Shown here: positions 23,490-30,780 of the stretch, piece by piece
Position numbering within the stretch: position 1 is the first letter of the stretch
Layout of the letters: every line of letters starts with the position of its first letter
NCBI GenBank assembly: GCA_934660865.1
Contig: CAKUIA010000007.1
Location: 60,001-92,000 of the forward strand
Length of the DNA stretch: 32,000 nt
Source: an uncultured Opitutales bacterium
GTDB taxonomy: Bacteria; Verrucomicrobiota; Verrucomicrobiia; Opitutales; Intestinicryptomonadaceae
Direction: 5' to 3'
Made by a program: the position numbers and the translations under genes
The notes under the pieces: model-generated
Told to the model about the DNA's origin: nothing
Seen by the model: the letters and a program-made list of their open reading frames with translations, nothing else
The model's database searches: none

Positions 23490-25571
23490 TTACTTTTCGG
23501 ATTTTTCGGAAGCCGTTTTTGCCTTTGCCTCAACCGATTTTAAAAGCTTTGCATTTTCGGGCGTTGCGGTTTTTACCGCGTTTTCGAGCATATCGCTTTG
23601 GCTTTTGCCGAGCCCAAAAGACGCCGTTTTTACCAGCTGCTTTAAAGCGGCGTTTTTAAGCTGCTTTTCGGAATTTAACAATACATTAAGCAAAAACCCA
23701 AAAGACTTTTCGCTATGCAGCGAGCCAATGGCGGCAACTATTGCAATTTTTGCGTTTTCCGATTTTGCAGAATCGAATTTCTCCATAAGCGCATTTTCGT
23801 CGGCGGAAAAGTCGGCATACAAAATTACTTCGGCCGCCAATTCGCGCTGCGGCTTTTCGGATTCGAGCAAAGCAAAAACTTTTTGGACCGCATTTGCAAA
23901 GTTCGGCATTGAGACAATGTTTGCCGCCGCCACGCGCCTTTTTGCAGCGCCGAGCATTTTTGCGTTTTCGAAAACCGCTTCAAAGGCCTTTTCGCTGCCC
24001 GACTTTGCCGCGTAGTACGACAATGCAACAACCGAGTCTTCGTCGGCAAGGGGCATTTGCAAAATAGCGCTTTCGCCTTCGTTTCGGCTCATTAGGGCAT
24101 ACGCCAAAACGGGGGCATTTTCGGCCGATATGTTTTTAAAATTTGCGTATTTTGGCATGGCAACGTTTTTGTTTGCCCCCAAAAATCTTATAACGCAAAG
24201 CAACTCCCTTTCGGAATCGGGCTTAGTTAAGGGAACTTTAAATTTCGGCAAATTGCCGCCAAACGAAAGTTCGTTTTTGTAGTGCGCCAGCGCGTTTTCC
24301 AAAATATCGGCTACAATGCGGTTGGTTTTCGGGCTTTGCGCCAGTTTTTTAAAGGCATTGTAGCTTTTTTTAGACGATATTTTTACATCGCAAACCAGCC
24401 TCGCCAAAAGGCATTGGTATACTTCGCTCGAAGAATTGCCGCTTTCAAGTTCGGACAGCACAAAGCTTTCCATCTTTTTGCAAAAATCGGCGTTTTTGTT
24501 GTTCGAGCAAACTGCGTAGATAAGCTCGTTTAGCTCGTTGTCCTTTTCGCCGTATTTTACGTTGCCAAAGCTTTTTATATATCCAAGTTCCGGCTCGCCG
24601 TAAAGCGGGCATGCTATATCTTTGCCCTTTTTTATGGGGCTTACATCGGCGGGCAAATCGCCGCAGGCAAACTGCAAAAGCCGTAAGGTAAGCTCCTGAA
24701 AACGCCTGTCTTTATAGGTGTGGCAGGCATGCCCGAAAGCCGAATAGGCAACTTTGCCTTTGCCGTAGTTTTTTATCCAAACCAAAGCCAAATCTTTGTC
24801 GGCCCTTATCTTATGCCTGCGCCCCCATTCGGTTGTTACTGGGCTAGCTTCCACGTTAAGGCGCATTAGCGCCCTGCACTTTTCGCGGCTAAAATATTCG
24901 CCGAATTGGTAGATTTCGTCTACAACCCTAAAGGCGGGCTTTGCCCAAATGCCCTTTGTTATGGGAGATTGCATATCGTCTATATTCACGGTAACCGCCG
25001 AGCAGTTGTAGCCCCAGGGGTGGCCTATAAAATCGCCGCCCATCATTTCCGACATTTCGGTTTTCATGTAGCAGTCGGTGCCGCCCGCATGGAAGCCCGC
25101 AACAGCGCCTCCGTTTTTAACGTAGTCGCACAAACCCTTAAGGTATTCGTCGGAGCGCTTTTTAAAGCGCAGCTTGTCGTCTTTAGACATTTCGGGGGTT
25201 TCCTTTTCGCCGAAGGCGTTGCCCGTTACGCAGTTTAGCACAACGGCGTCGTACTGCTTTAGGTTTTCTGGGGCCATATCAATCGGGTTTTCGGTAAATA
25301 CCGCAGTAAACGCTCCCTTTTTCTGCATATTTTCTATCGCACGGTTTAAGCCCGCAATGCCGTCGCGGTGCCTATAGCCCAAAGTTCTCGAAAATACCAA
25401 AATCTTTCTCGGCTTTAGCGGTTTTGCGATTTTTTCGGGAGTGGCCTTGTCTATGTCGGCTATAATTTTGCCGTCTAATTTAAATGTATCGGCAGCGGCA
25501 AACAGGGCGCCGGCAGACAATGTAAGAGCCGCAAAAAGTGTGTATTTTTTCATTTTATTAAAAATCCCCAT
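23490..25571 (-). CDS. Exported ThuA-domain protein fused to a helical (HEAT-like) repeat region of about 370 aa
   Basis: Signal peptide MKKYTLFAALTLSAGALFAAAD. ThuA-like core: ILVFSRTLGYRHRDGI...YDAVVLNCVTG...GGAVAGFHAG...HPWG...DEIYQF...SAFGH. The C-terminal half is alanine/leucine-rich and helical. Confidence 0.6.
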   Translation of the reverse strand: MGIFNKMKKYTLFAALTLSAGALFAAADTFKLDGKIIADIDKATPEKIAKPLKPRKILVFSRTLGYRHRDGIAGLNRAIENMQKKGAFTAVFTENPIDMAPENLKQYDAVVLNCVTGNAFGEKETPEMSKDDKLRFKKRSDEYLKGLCDYVKNGGAVAGFHAGGTDCYMKTEMSEMMGGDFIGHPWGYNCSAVTVNIDDMQSPITKGIWAKPAFRVVDEIYQFGEYFSREKCRALMRLNVEASPVTTEWGRRHKIRADKDLALVWIKNYGKGKVAYSAFGHACHTYKDRRFQELTLRLLQFACGDLPADVSPIKKGKDIACPLYGEPELGYIKSFGNVKYGEKDNELNELIYAVCSNNKNADFCKKMESFVLSELESGNSSSEVYQCLLARLVCDVKISSKKSYNAFKKLAQSPKTNRIVADILENALAHYKNELSFGGNLPKFKVPLTKPDSERELLCVIRFLGANKNVAMPKYANFKNISAENAPVLAYALMSRNEGESAILQMPLADEDSVVALSYYAAKSGSEKAFEAVFENAKMLGAAKRRVAAANIVSMPNFANAVQKVFALLESEKPQRELAAEVILYADFSADENALMEKFDSAKSENAKIAIVAAIGSLHSEKSFGFLLNVLLNSEKQLKNAALKQLVKTASFGLGKSQSDMLENAVKTATPENAKLLKSVEAKAKTASEKSEK

Positions 25572-25580
25572 ATTGTTTGT

Positions 25581-26930
25581 TTATGCCAAGTTGCCGCCGC
25601 TTTGCCAAGACTGCCTGTCCTTGCGGGCAAGCATTGCGTTGGCGGCATTGTCGTTTTTAAACGAAAGAGTTTTATAGTCCCACTCCAAATCCCTGTCGAG
25701 CTTATGGGCAATGTTGCCTATAAGGCACATATTGCAGCTGCTTTGCCCCACTTGCACCGGGCAAATTACGGGGCGTCCGGTTAATATACCCTCTATAAAA
25801 TTCGACCTGTGTTCGGTCGAGATATAGGCGTTGTCGGCATTGGCGACTATTTTAGGGTCGTATAAAGAGGGCTTGCTCGCCCAAAAATAGTCGGCACGGC
25901 TGGCGGCTGCCATCGCCTTTTTGCCTACAAAGGTAACCATTGCGTTGGCGGCGCAACCCGCCTTTTTTGCGTCGTCGCTTGTGCCCGTTATAACCTTAAC
26001 GCCGTTTTCGTATGTATATATAAGCTTTTCGGTGTAGGTTGTAAATTCGGGGTGCTTGCGTTTGCTTAATTGCACATATTTAGGGCCTTTGCCGTCCATA
26101 TTCAAGCCCCATTGGGCAATATCGTAGTGGTGGGCGCCCCAGTCGGCCTGCATGCCGTTGCCGAAGTCGCTATGAAAGCGCCACTCGCCCCAGGGAGCTC
26201 CGTATAAAACCTTCTTTTCGCCATAATAAAGCGGCGAAAGCAGCCTTTGCGAATACGGCCGCATGGGAGACGGGCCAATCCACATATTCCAGTTTATATT
26301 GTCGGGCACGCTTTCGGCCTTCCAGTTGTGCACTTTGGGAAAGTGCCAGCTAAAGTTGCAAAAAACCTCCTTTATTTCGCCCAATGCCCCCGAACGCGCA
26401 AGCTGGGCAAGGTTTCTAAAAGACCTTTCGCTGCGCTGCTGCGAACCCGTTTGGAAAACCACGCCCGAAGCCTTTACGGCCTCGGCAACCAGCGCACCTT
26501 CCCGGACTGTAAAAGTAAGGGGCTTTTCGCAGTAAATATGCTTGCCCGCGCGGGCCGCCATTATGCACATAATTGCGTGCCAGTGGTCGGGCGTTACAAT
26601 AAACACGGCGTCTATCGACTTGTCCGCCAAAAGGTCGCGGAAATCCGAATAGGTTTTTACGTCGCTTTTTATGCCTTTAGACGCGTAGTAGTTGTCGGTA
26701 TCTTTTTTGTTGTACTGCAGGCGCTGGCTATCCACATCGCAAAGGGCGGCAAGCCAACAGCGCTTGTCGCTGCGTATAAAGCGCAGGTGGTGCATCGACT
26801 GCTTTCCCAAGCCTATAACGCCTATATTTATGCGCGAATTTGCGCTTTGGTTTGCAAACAGGCCCCTGCCGATAAACAGCGAAGCAAAGGCCGCCGCCGA
26901 TGATTTCCCTATAAATGTGCGTCTATCCAT
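25581..26930 (-). CDS. Tat-exported Gfo/Idh/MocA-family oxidoreductase (ThuB-like sugar dehydrogenase)
   Basis: Twin-arginine signal MDRRTFIGKSSAAAFASLFIG. Rossmann start INIGVIGLGKQSMHH and EKP motif (IYCEKPL). Its start overlaps the upstream gene by 8 nt. Confidence 0.75.
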   Translation of the reverse strand: MDRRTFIGKSSAAAFASLFIGRGLFANQSANSRINIGVIGLGKQSMHHLRFIRSDKRCWLAALCDVDSQRLQYNKKDTDNYYASKGIKSDVKTYSDFRDLLADKSIDAVFIVTPDHWHAIMCIMAARAGKHIYCEKPLTFTVREGALVAEAVKASGVVFQTGSQQRSERSFRNLAQLARSGALGEIKEVFCNFSWHFPKVHNWKAESVPDNINWNMWIGPSPMRPYSQRLLSPLYYGEKKVLYGAPWGEWRFHSDFGNGMQADWGAHHYDIAQWGLNMDGKGPKYVQLSKRKHPEFTTYTEKLIYTYENGVKVITGTSDDAKKAGCAANAMVTFVGKKAMAAASRADYFWASKPSLYDPKIVANADNAYISTEHRSNFIEGILTGRPVICPVQVGQSSCNMCLIGNIAHKLDRDLEWDYKTLSFKNDNAANAMLARKDRQSWQSGGNLA

Positions 26931-28596
26931 TGTGCTTAATTTTAAACCCTTCTATTTGAGATTTAACACTGTCGATTTCCGTTTCCAACAAAGAGTCTTT
27001 TTGCGGTTTTAAAACCTTGCGCGAAATTTCCAAAAGAACGAGACATTCGTCGAACTTCTGTTTTTTAAGCAGCGCGTTGAAAATCGGTATCGAAAGGTTC
27101 GAAAACGCTATAAGCCCGTCGTTTTTAAATACGCCCAAAAGCCTCTTATACGAGGAATTCAGCTTGTCGGCGCTGTCTTCGGCTATCGACGATTCAAGCT
27201 CCATTTTTGCAAACGACATTGCAATGTCGGGGCGCGCCTGCCTTGTCTTTATTATTATCGAAGTCGAAAGCCTGCGGGCGTCGTCGAAGCGCCCGAGATC
27301 TATCAAATACTGCATAAGCTCGCGCCTGAAAGACGCGTCTATGTCGGGATATTTTGCGGTAAAGCCCTTCATGGCCTGCGCATACAATTTAATTATGTCG
27401 CCGTCGGAAGCCTTTCTGGCCTTATACGACTTTATAAGAATATTCCAAGTTTCGGCGTTGCGGTCGTCGAATTTTACGGCGGCAAAAGCGCACTTTTCGG
27501 CCTGGGCGTAGTTTTCCGAATCTAGATACTCCTTTGCAAATGCCGTGCATACCATATTGTTGCGGTATTTTTCCAAATTGTAAAAGCCCTCGCACATTGC
27601 GCCCAAATCGTGGTCGGAAGCCCTTTTCCAGGTTTGGGGGTCGAACGTAGTTCCCGTAACGAATCTGGAATCTTCGTAGCGGCCGACGTTAAAATTCCAG
27701 TTGCCTGGGCCTTTCATATAGGCAACCCAGGCGTGCCCGCCGTCGGTGCCCGCCCCCGACAATATGAAGGCCGGAACGCCCTTTCGCTTTGCGACTTCGC
27801 TTGTATAATAGGCCTGGTCGGTGCAAATGCCGCCAAATTCCTTTATTGTAGGCAGCTTGTAGTTGCCGTATGTCCAGTCGAACTGCTTGCTGTCCAAACG
27901 CTTTTTGTCGTATGTAATCGAGGGATACAGTTTCGGGATATTCGCCAGCGTAGTGGAAATTTTTTGCTGAATCCATTTTATGTCGTTTTCGTCGGAAAGG
28001 GCCGCAACTACAAACTTAAGCTCGCGCACCGACAGTTTTTCGGTTGCAAGCAAAAACCTGCCCTTTTCGCGCAGTCCCACAATGGTTTCGAAAGCCTTTT
28101 CGGGTTCGGGAAACTTTCTGGGCAAAATCTTTTCCGAAACCTGCGCATGCGGCCACTCGTTGGGGGGCGGAGTATCGAACACAACGGCTATTGCAACCGC
28201 CAGCTTCGGGTACTTTTCAAACTTTTCGGGCGAAAAGTTGTAGATTTTCGCCAATATGGCAAAAACCTGCCCGGTGTTGTCGTCGTCGCACAGGGTCGAA
28301 ACAAATTCGTTTCTAAGCTCGGTGTTTTCGGCAAAAAACATTTTCAGGTTTGCCGGCCAGGCGGCGCCGAACTTGCCCACAAGCGAATAGTATTTTGAAT
28401 TTATAAGGGCGTTATAGGCTTCCTTAAGCTTGCCCGCCGAATAGTCGGCATAGGCGGTTTTGTTGTAAGTGTCGGAAATTTCAGCCAAATCGCCGTCGAA
28501 AATTTTAGGGTCTACAGACTCGGCCTTTTTTGGTGCGCCAAAGCACGCAAAGGCGCACGCACACACAAACGCAACTGCAAAATATCTCGTTTTCAT
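26923..28596 (-). CDS. Exported transglutaminase-like (Cys-His-Asp core) protein with a C-terminal TPR-like helical domain
   Basis: I moved the start to the ATG at 28596, giving the signal-like MKTRYFAVAFVCACAFACFGAP. Core motif GGICTDQAYYTSEVAKRKGVPAFILSGAGTDGGHAWVAYM matches the transglutaminase core Cys and His. The C-terminal ~200 aa is helical and TPR-like. Confidence 0.6.
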   Translation of the reverse strand: MKTRYFAVAFVCACAFACFGAPKKAESVDPKIFDGDLAEISDTYNKTAYADYSAGKLKEAYNALINSKYYSLVGKFGAAWPANLKMFFAENTELRNEFVSTLCDDDNTGQVFAILAKIYNFSPEKFEKYPKLAVAIAVVFDTPPPNEWPHAQVSEKILPRKFPEPEKAFETIVGLREKGRFLLATEKLSVRELKFVVAALSDENDIKWIQQKISTTLANIPKLYPSITYDKKRLDSKQFDWTYGNYKLPTIKEFGGICTDQAYYTSEVAKRKGVPAFILSGAGTDGGHAWVAYMKGPGNWNFNVGRYEDSRFVTGTTFDPQTWKRASDHDLGAMCEGFYNLEKYRNNMVCTAFAKEYLDSENYAQAEKCAFAAVKFDDRNAETWNILIKSYKARKASDGDIIKLYAQAMKGFTAKYPDIDASFRRELMQYLIDLGRFDDARRLSTSIIIKTRQARPDIAMSFAKMELESSIAEDSADKLNSSYKRLLGVFKNDGLIAFSNLSIPIFNALLKKQKFDECLVLLEISRKVLKPQKDSLLETEIDSVKSQIEGFKIKHNG

Positions 28597-28693
28597 ATAC
28601 ACTCGGGCATTATTTATACGGAATGCAAACTTGTAAAGAACTAAAAGACAAACTGTGCTTGAATATGCGGCGGCATTTGCCAATATATAAGGT

Positions 28694-29128
28694 ATGAAAG
28701 CGATTTTTGGAATTTTGCAGGCACTGGCCCTTGCGTGCATACTTTGCGGTTGCGCATCGTACAACGTTGTATATACCCCCACAAACAACGTAAATACGGC
28801 GTTGCTTGCAAAAACCGCCCCGCAGGACATTCAAATTTTCGAGACAAGCCGCCCCAACTACCCTTATGTGGAATTGGGCACGCTAACGATTAGGTCGGGC
28901 GTAATGTATGCCGATATGTCGGCAATATACGAGCAGTTCAGGCAAAAGGCTTCGCAAATAGGAGCCTGCGCAATAATAGTAATGGGAACTGCAAGCGACA
29001 TCTACACAATGCCCGCCATAACCTACGACTATTTCGGCAACCCCATATTTTACGACAGGGTAAACCAGGCCTACATATACAGGGCGGTTGCCATTGCAAA
29101 AAACACCTCGAAAATAGACATAAAATAA
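28694..29128 (+). CDS. Small lipoprotein of unknown function
   Basis: Lipobox in MKAIFGILQALALACILCGCASYN (L-C-G-C). 144 aa. It is transcribed divergently from the minus-strand gene train. Confidence 0.6.
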   Translation: MKAIFGILQALALACILCGCASYNVVYTPTNNVNTALLAKTAPQDIQIFETSRPNYPYVELGTLTIRSGVMYADMSAIYEQFRQKASQIGACAIIVMGTASDIYTMPAITYDYFGNPIFYDRVNQAYIYRAVAIAKNTSKIDIK

Positions 29129-29188
29129 TGCGGTGTGCGCTAGCGGCAAATACGGGGTTTTTGCAAACACAATTCGGCAATATTTTAA

Positions 29189-29217
29189 TTGACTTTGCAA
29201 CGAAACTTAACTCTAAT
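29189..29217 (+). promoter_or_regulatory. Putative sigma70-type promoter for thi4-thiE
   Basis: TTGACT (29189-29194), a 17-nt spacer, then TCTAAT (29212-29217), leaving a leader of about 55 nt before the thi4 ATG. This is a pattern match only. Confidence 0.35.
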
Positions 29218-29278
29218 TTGAGGCCTTAATCACTACCATTTTGGTATAGCATTAACAAACAATTTTTCATTAAAAATT

Positions 29279-30061
29279 ATGGCTATAGAAAATACAATAT
29301 CGGCGGCAATTTTAAACAGATTTTCGAGCAAGCTGCTCGACAGTCTCGCACTAGACGTGGCAATAGTAGGAGGCGGCCCAAGCGCATTGGTGGCTGCCCG
29401 CTACTTGGCAAACGCGGGTCTTAAAGCTGGCATTTTCGAAAGAAAGCTGGCTCCCGGCGGCGGCACTTGGGGCGGCGGCATGCTCTTTAACGAAGTTGTA
29501 GTTCAAGACAGCGCCCTTCCCATTTTAGACGACTTTTCCATTTCGCACAGACAAATTGAAAACGCCAAGGGCTACCACACTTTGGATTCGGTTGAAATGG
29601 CAAGCGGCCTTATATTCGGCGCGGTAAAGGCGGGTGCAAAAATCTTCAACGCAATCAGCGTAGAAGACCTTGTTTTTAAAGACGGCAAAGTAGGCGGCCT
29701 GGTTATTAACTGGACTCCCGTAGAACGCCTCGGCATGCACGTAGACCCCTTGACTATCACCTCGGAATGTGTTTTGGACGGCACGGGCCACCCGAGCGAA
29801 ATCATGCACTTGGCAACAAACAAAGCCAAGATAAAGCTCGACACCCCCACGGGCGAAATTCTCGGCGAAAAACCCATGTGGGTAGACAGCGGCGAAGCTT
29901 CGACAGTGGAAAACACAAAGGAATATTTCCCGGGGCTTTTCGCCTGCGGCATGAGCGCAAACAACGTTATGGGCGGCTACAGAATGGGCCCGATTTTCGG
30001 CGGAATGTTGCTTTCGGGCAAAAAGGCAGCCGACCTTATAATTGCCAAGCTTAAGAAATAA
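29279..30061 (+). CDS. thi4: Thi4-family thiazole synthase (archaeal/eukaryotic-type thiamine thiazole biosynthesis enzyme)
   Basis: 260 aa. Dinucleotide fold [19 protein letters not shown], plus [11 protein letters not shown] and LDGTGHPSE motifs characteristic of Thi4/THI1 homologs. Confidence 0.8.
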   Translation: MAIENTISAAILNRFSSKLLDSLALDVAIVGGGPSALVAARYLANAGLKAGIFERKLAPGGGTWGGGMLFNEVVVQDSALPILDDFSISHRQIENAKGYHTLDSVEMASGLIFGAVKAGAKIFNAISVEDLVFKDGKVGGLVINWTPVERLGMHVDPLTITSECVLDGTGHPSEIMHLATNKAKIKLDTPTGEILGEKPMWVDSGEASTVENTKEYFPGLFACGMSANNVMGGYRMGPIFGGMLLSGKKAADLIIAKLKK

Positions 30062-30717
30062 TGGCGTTTGTTTCGCTACAAGAGCGCATTAAGGCGTTCG
30101 AAAATTCCGACATATACGCGGTGGTAACCTCGCAGTTTTGCGGGGGGCGCCCCGCCGAGTATGTCGTAGAACAAGTCGGCATTGGCGGCGGAAAGATTGT
30201 GCAGCTTCGGGAAAAGGACTTAAGCTTTAATTCGTATTTGAATTTGGCAAAAAAGTGCCGCGAAGTTTGCGATAAATACAATATGCTGCTTATTATAGAC
30301 GACAATGTGCAAGTTGCCATGCTTTCTGACGCCGACGGCGTGCACTTGGGGCAAAGCGATATGCCCATAACCGAAGCGCGCGCTTTAGACGAAAATCTGC
30401 TGATAGGCTCTTCCACCCACAATGCCGCGGAAATTGCCGCCGCCATGCGCGACGGAGCGTCGTACCTAAACATAGGCCCAATTTTTGCGACGCAAACAAA
30501 AAGTTTGCCCATGCACGCTTTGGGGCTGCAAACCTTTGCCGAGCTAAAAAAGCCGGTTAAAATACCATTTTCGGTTATGGGCGGCATAAAAGAGCGCCAC
30601 ATAAAAGAGCTTTGCAGCTTGGGCGCAAAACACATTGCAATGGTTACCGAAATTACCCAAGCCGAAAATATTGCCGAAAAGGTAAAATCTTTAAGGCGGC
30701 AAATTGGCGCTTTATAA
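30061..30717 (+). CDS. thiE: Thiamine-phosphate synthase
   Basis: 218 aa. Contains IVQLREKDLS, LIIDDNVQVAMLSDADGVHLGQSDMP and YLNIGPIFATQTK. Its ATG shares one nucleotide with the thi4 stop (TAATG). Confidence 0.85.
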   Translation: MAFVSLQERIKAFENSDIYAVVTSQFCGGRPAEYVVEQVGIGGGKIVQLREKDLSFNSYLNLAKKCREVCDKYNMLLIIDDNVQVAMLSDADGVHLGQSDMPITEARALDENLLIGSSTHNAAEIAAAMRDGASYLNIGPIFATQTKSLPMHALGLQTFAELKKPVKIPFSVMGGIKERHIKELCSLGAKHIAMVTEITQAENIAEKVKSLRRQIGAL

Positions 30718-30722
30718 AACGC

Positions 30723-30759
30723 AAAAAGCTTTCTTTGAAATTTCAAAAGAAAGCTTTTT
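30723..30759. terminator. Bidirectional intrinsic terminator between thiE and the convergent glycoside hydrolase gene
   Basis: 14-bp stem: aaaaagctttcttt (30723-30736) pairs with aaagaaagcttttt (30746-30759), with a 9-nt loop. There is a T-run on both strands. Confidence 0.7.
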
Positions 30760-30780
30760 TTATGTGCAAAATTTGGCCTC

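Noticed and set aside
23155-24015. 286-aa plus-strand ORF spanning the beta-helix/ThuA gene junction
   Set aside because: It is Ser/Phe/Ala-rich antisense translation running across two well-supported minus-strand genes, with no motif support.
27610-28398. 262-aa plus-strand ORF antisense to the transglutaminase-like gene
   Set aside because: It is a shadow ORF. The minus strand carries the signal peptide and the Cys/His core motif.
28597-28830. 78-codon N-terminal extension of the transglutaminase-like ORF
   Set aside because: The internal ATG at 28596 yields a typical signal peptide. The extension would overlap the divergent lipoprotein gene start (28694) and its promoter region.
29129-29278. 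Expected TPP (THI-box) riboswitch upstream of thi4-thiE
   Set aside because: I read both strands and found none of the conserved THI-box strings. I report its absence as a finding instead, pending a covariance-model scan.
30051-30746. 231-aa minus-strand ORF covering all of thiE
   Set aside because: thiE on the plus strand has clear family motifs and is coupled to thi4. The antisense frame runs through the terminator hairpin and has no features. The many long antisense ORFs across this window look like a codon-usage artefact rather than overlapping genes.
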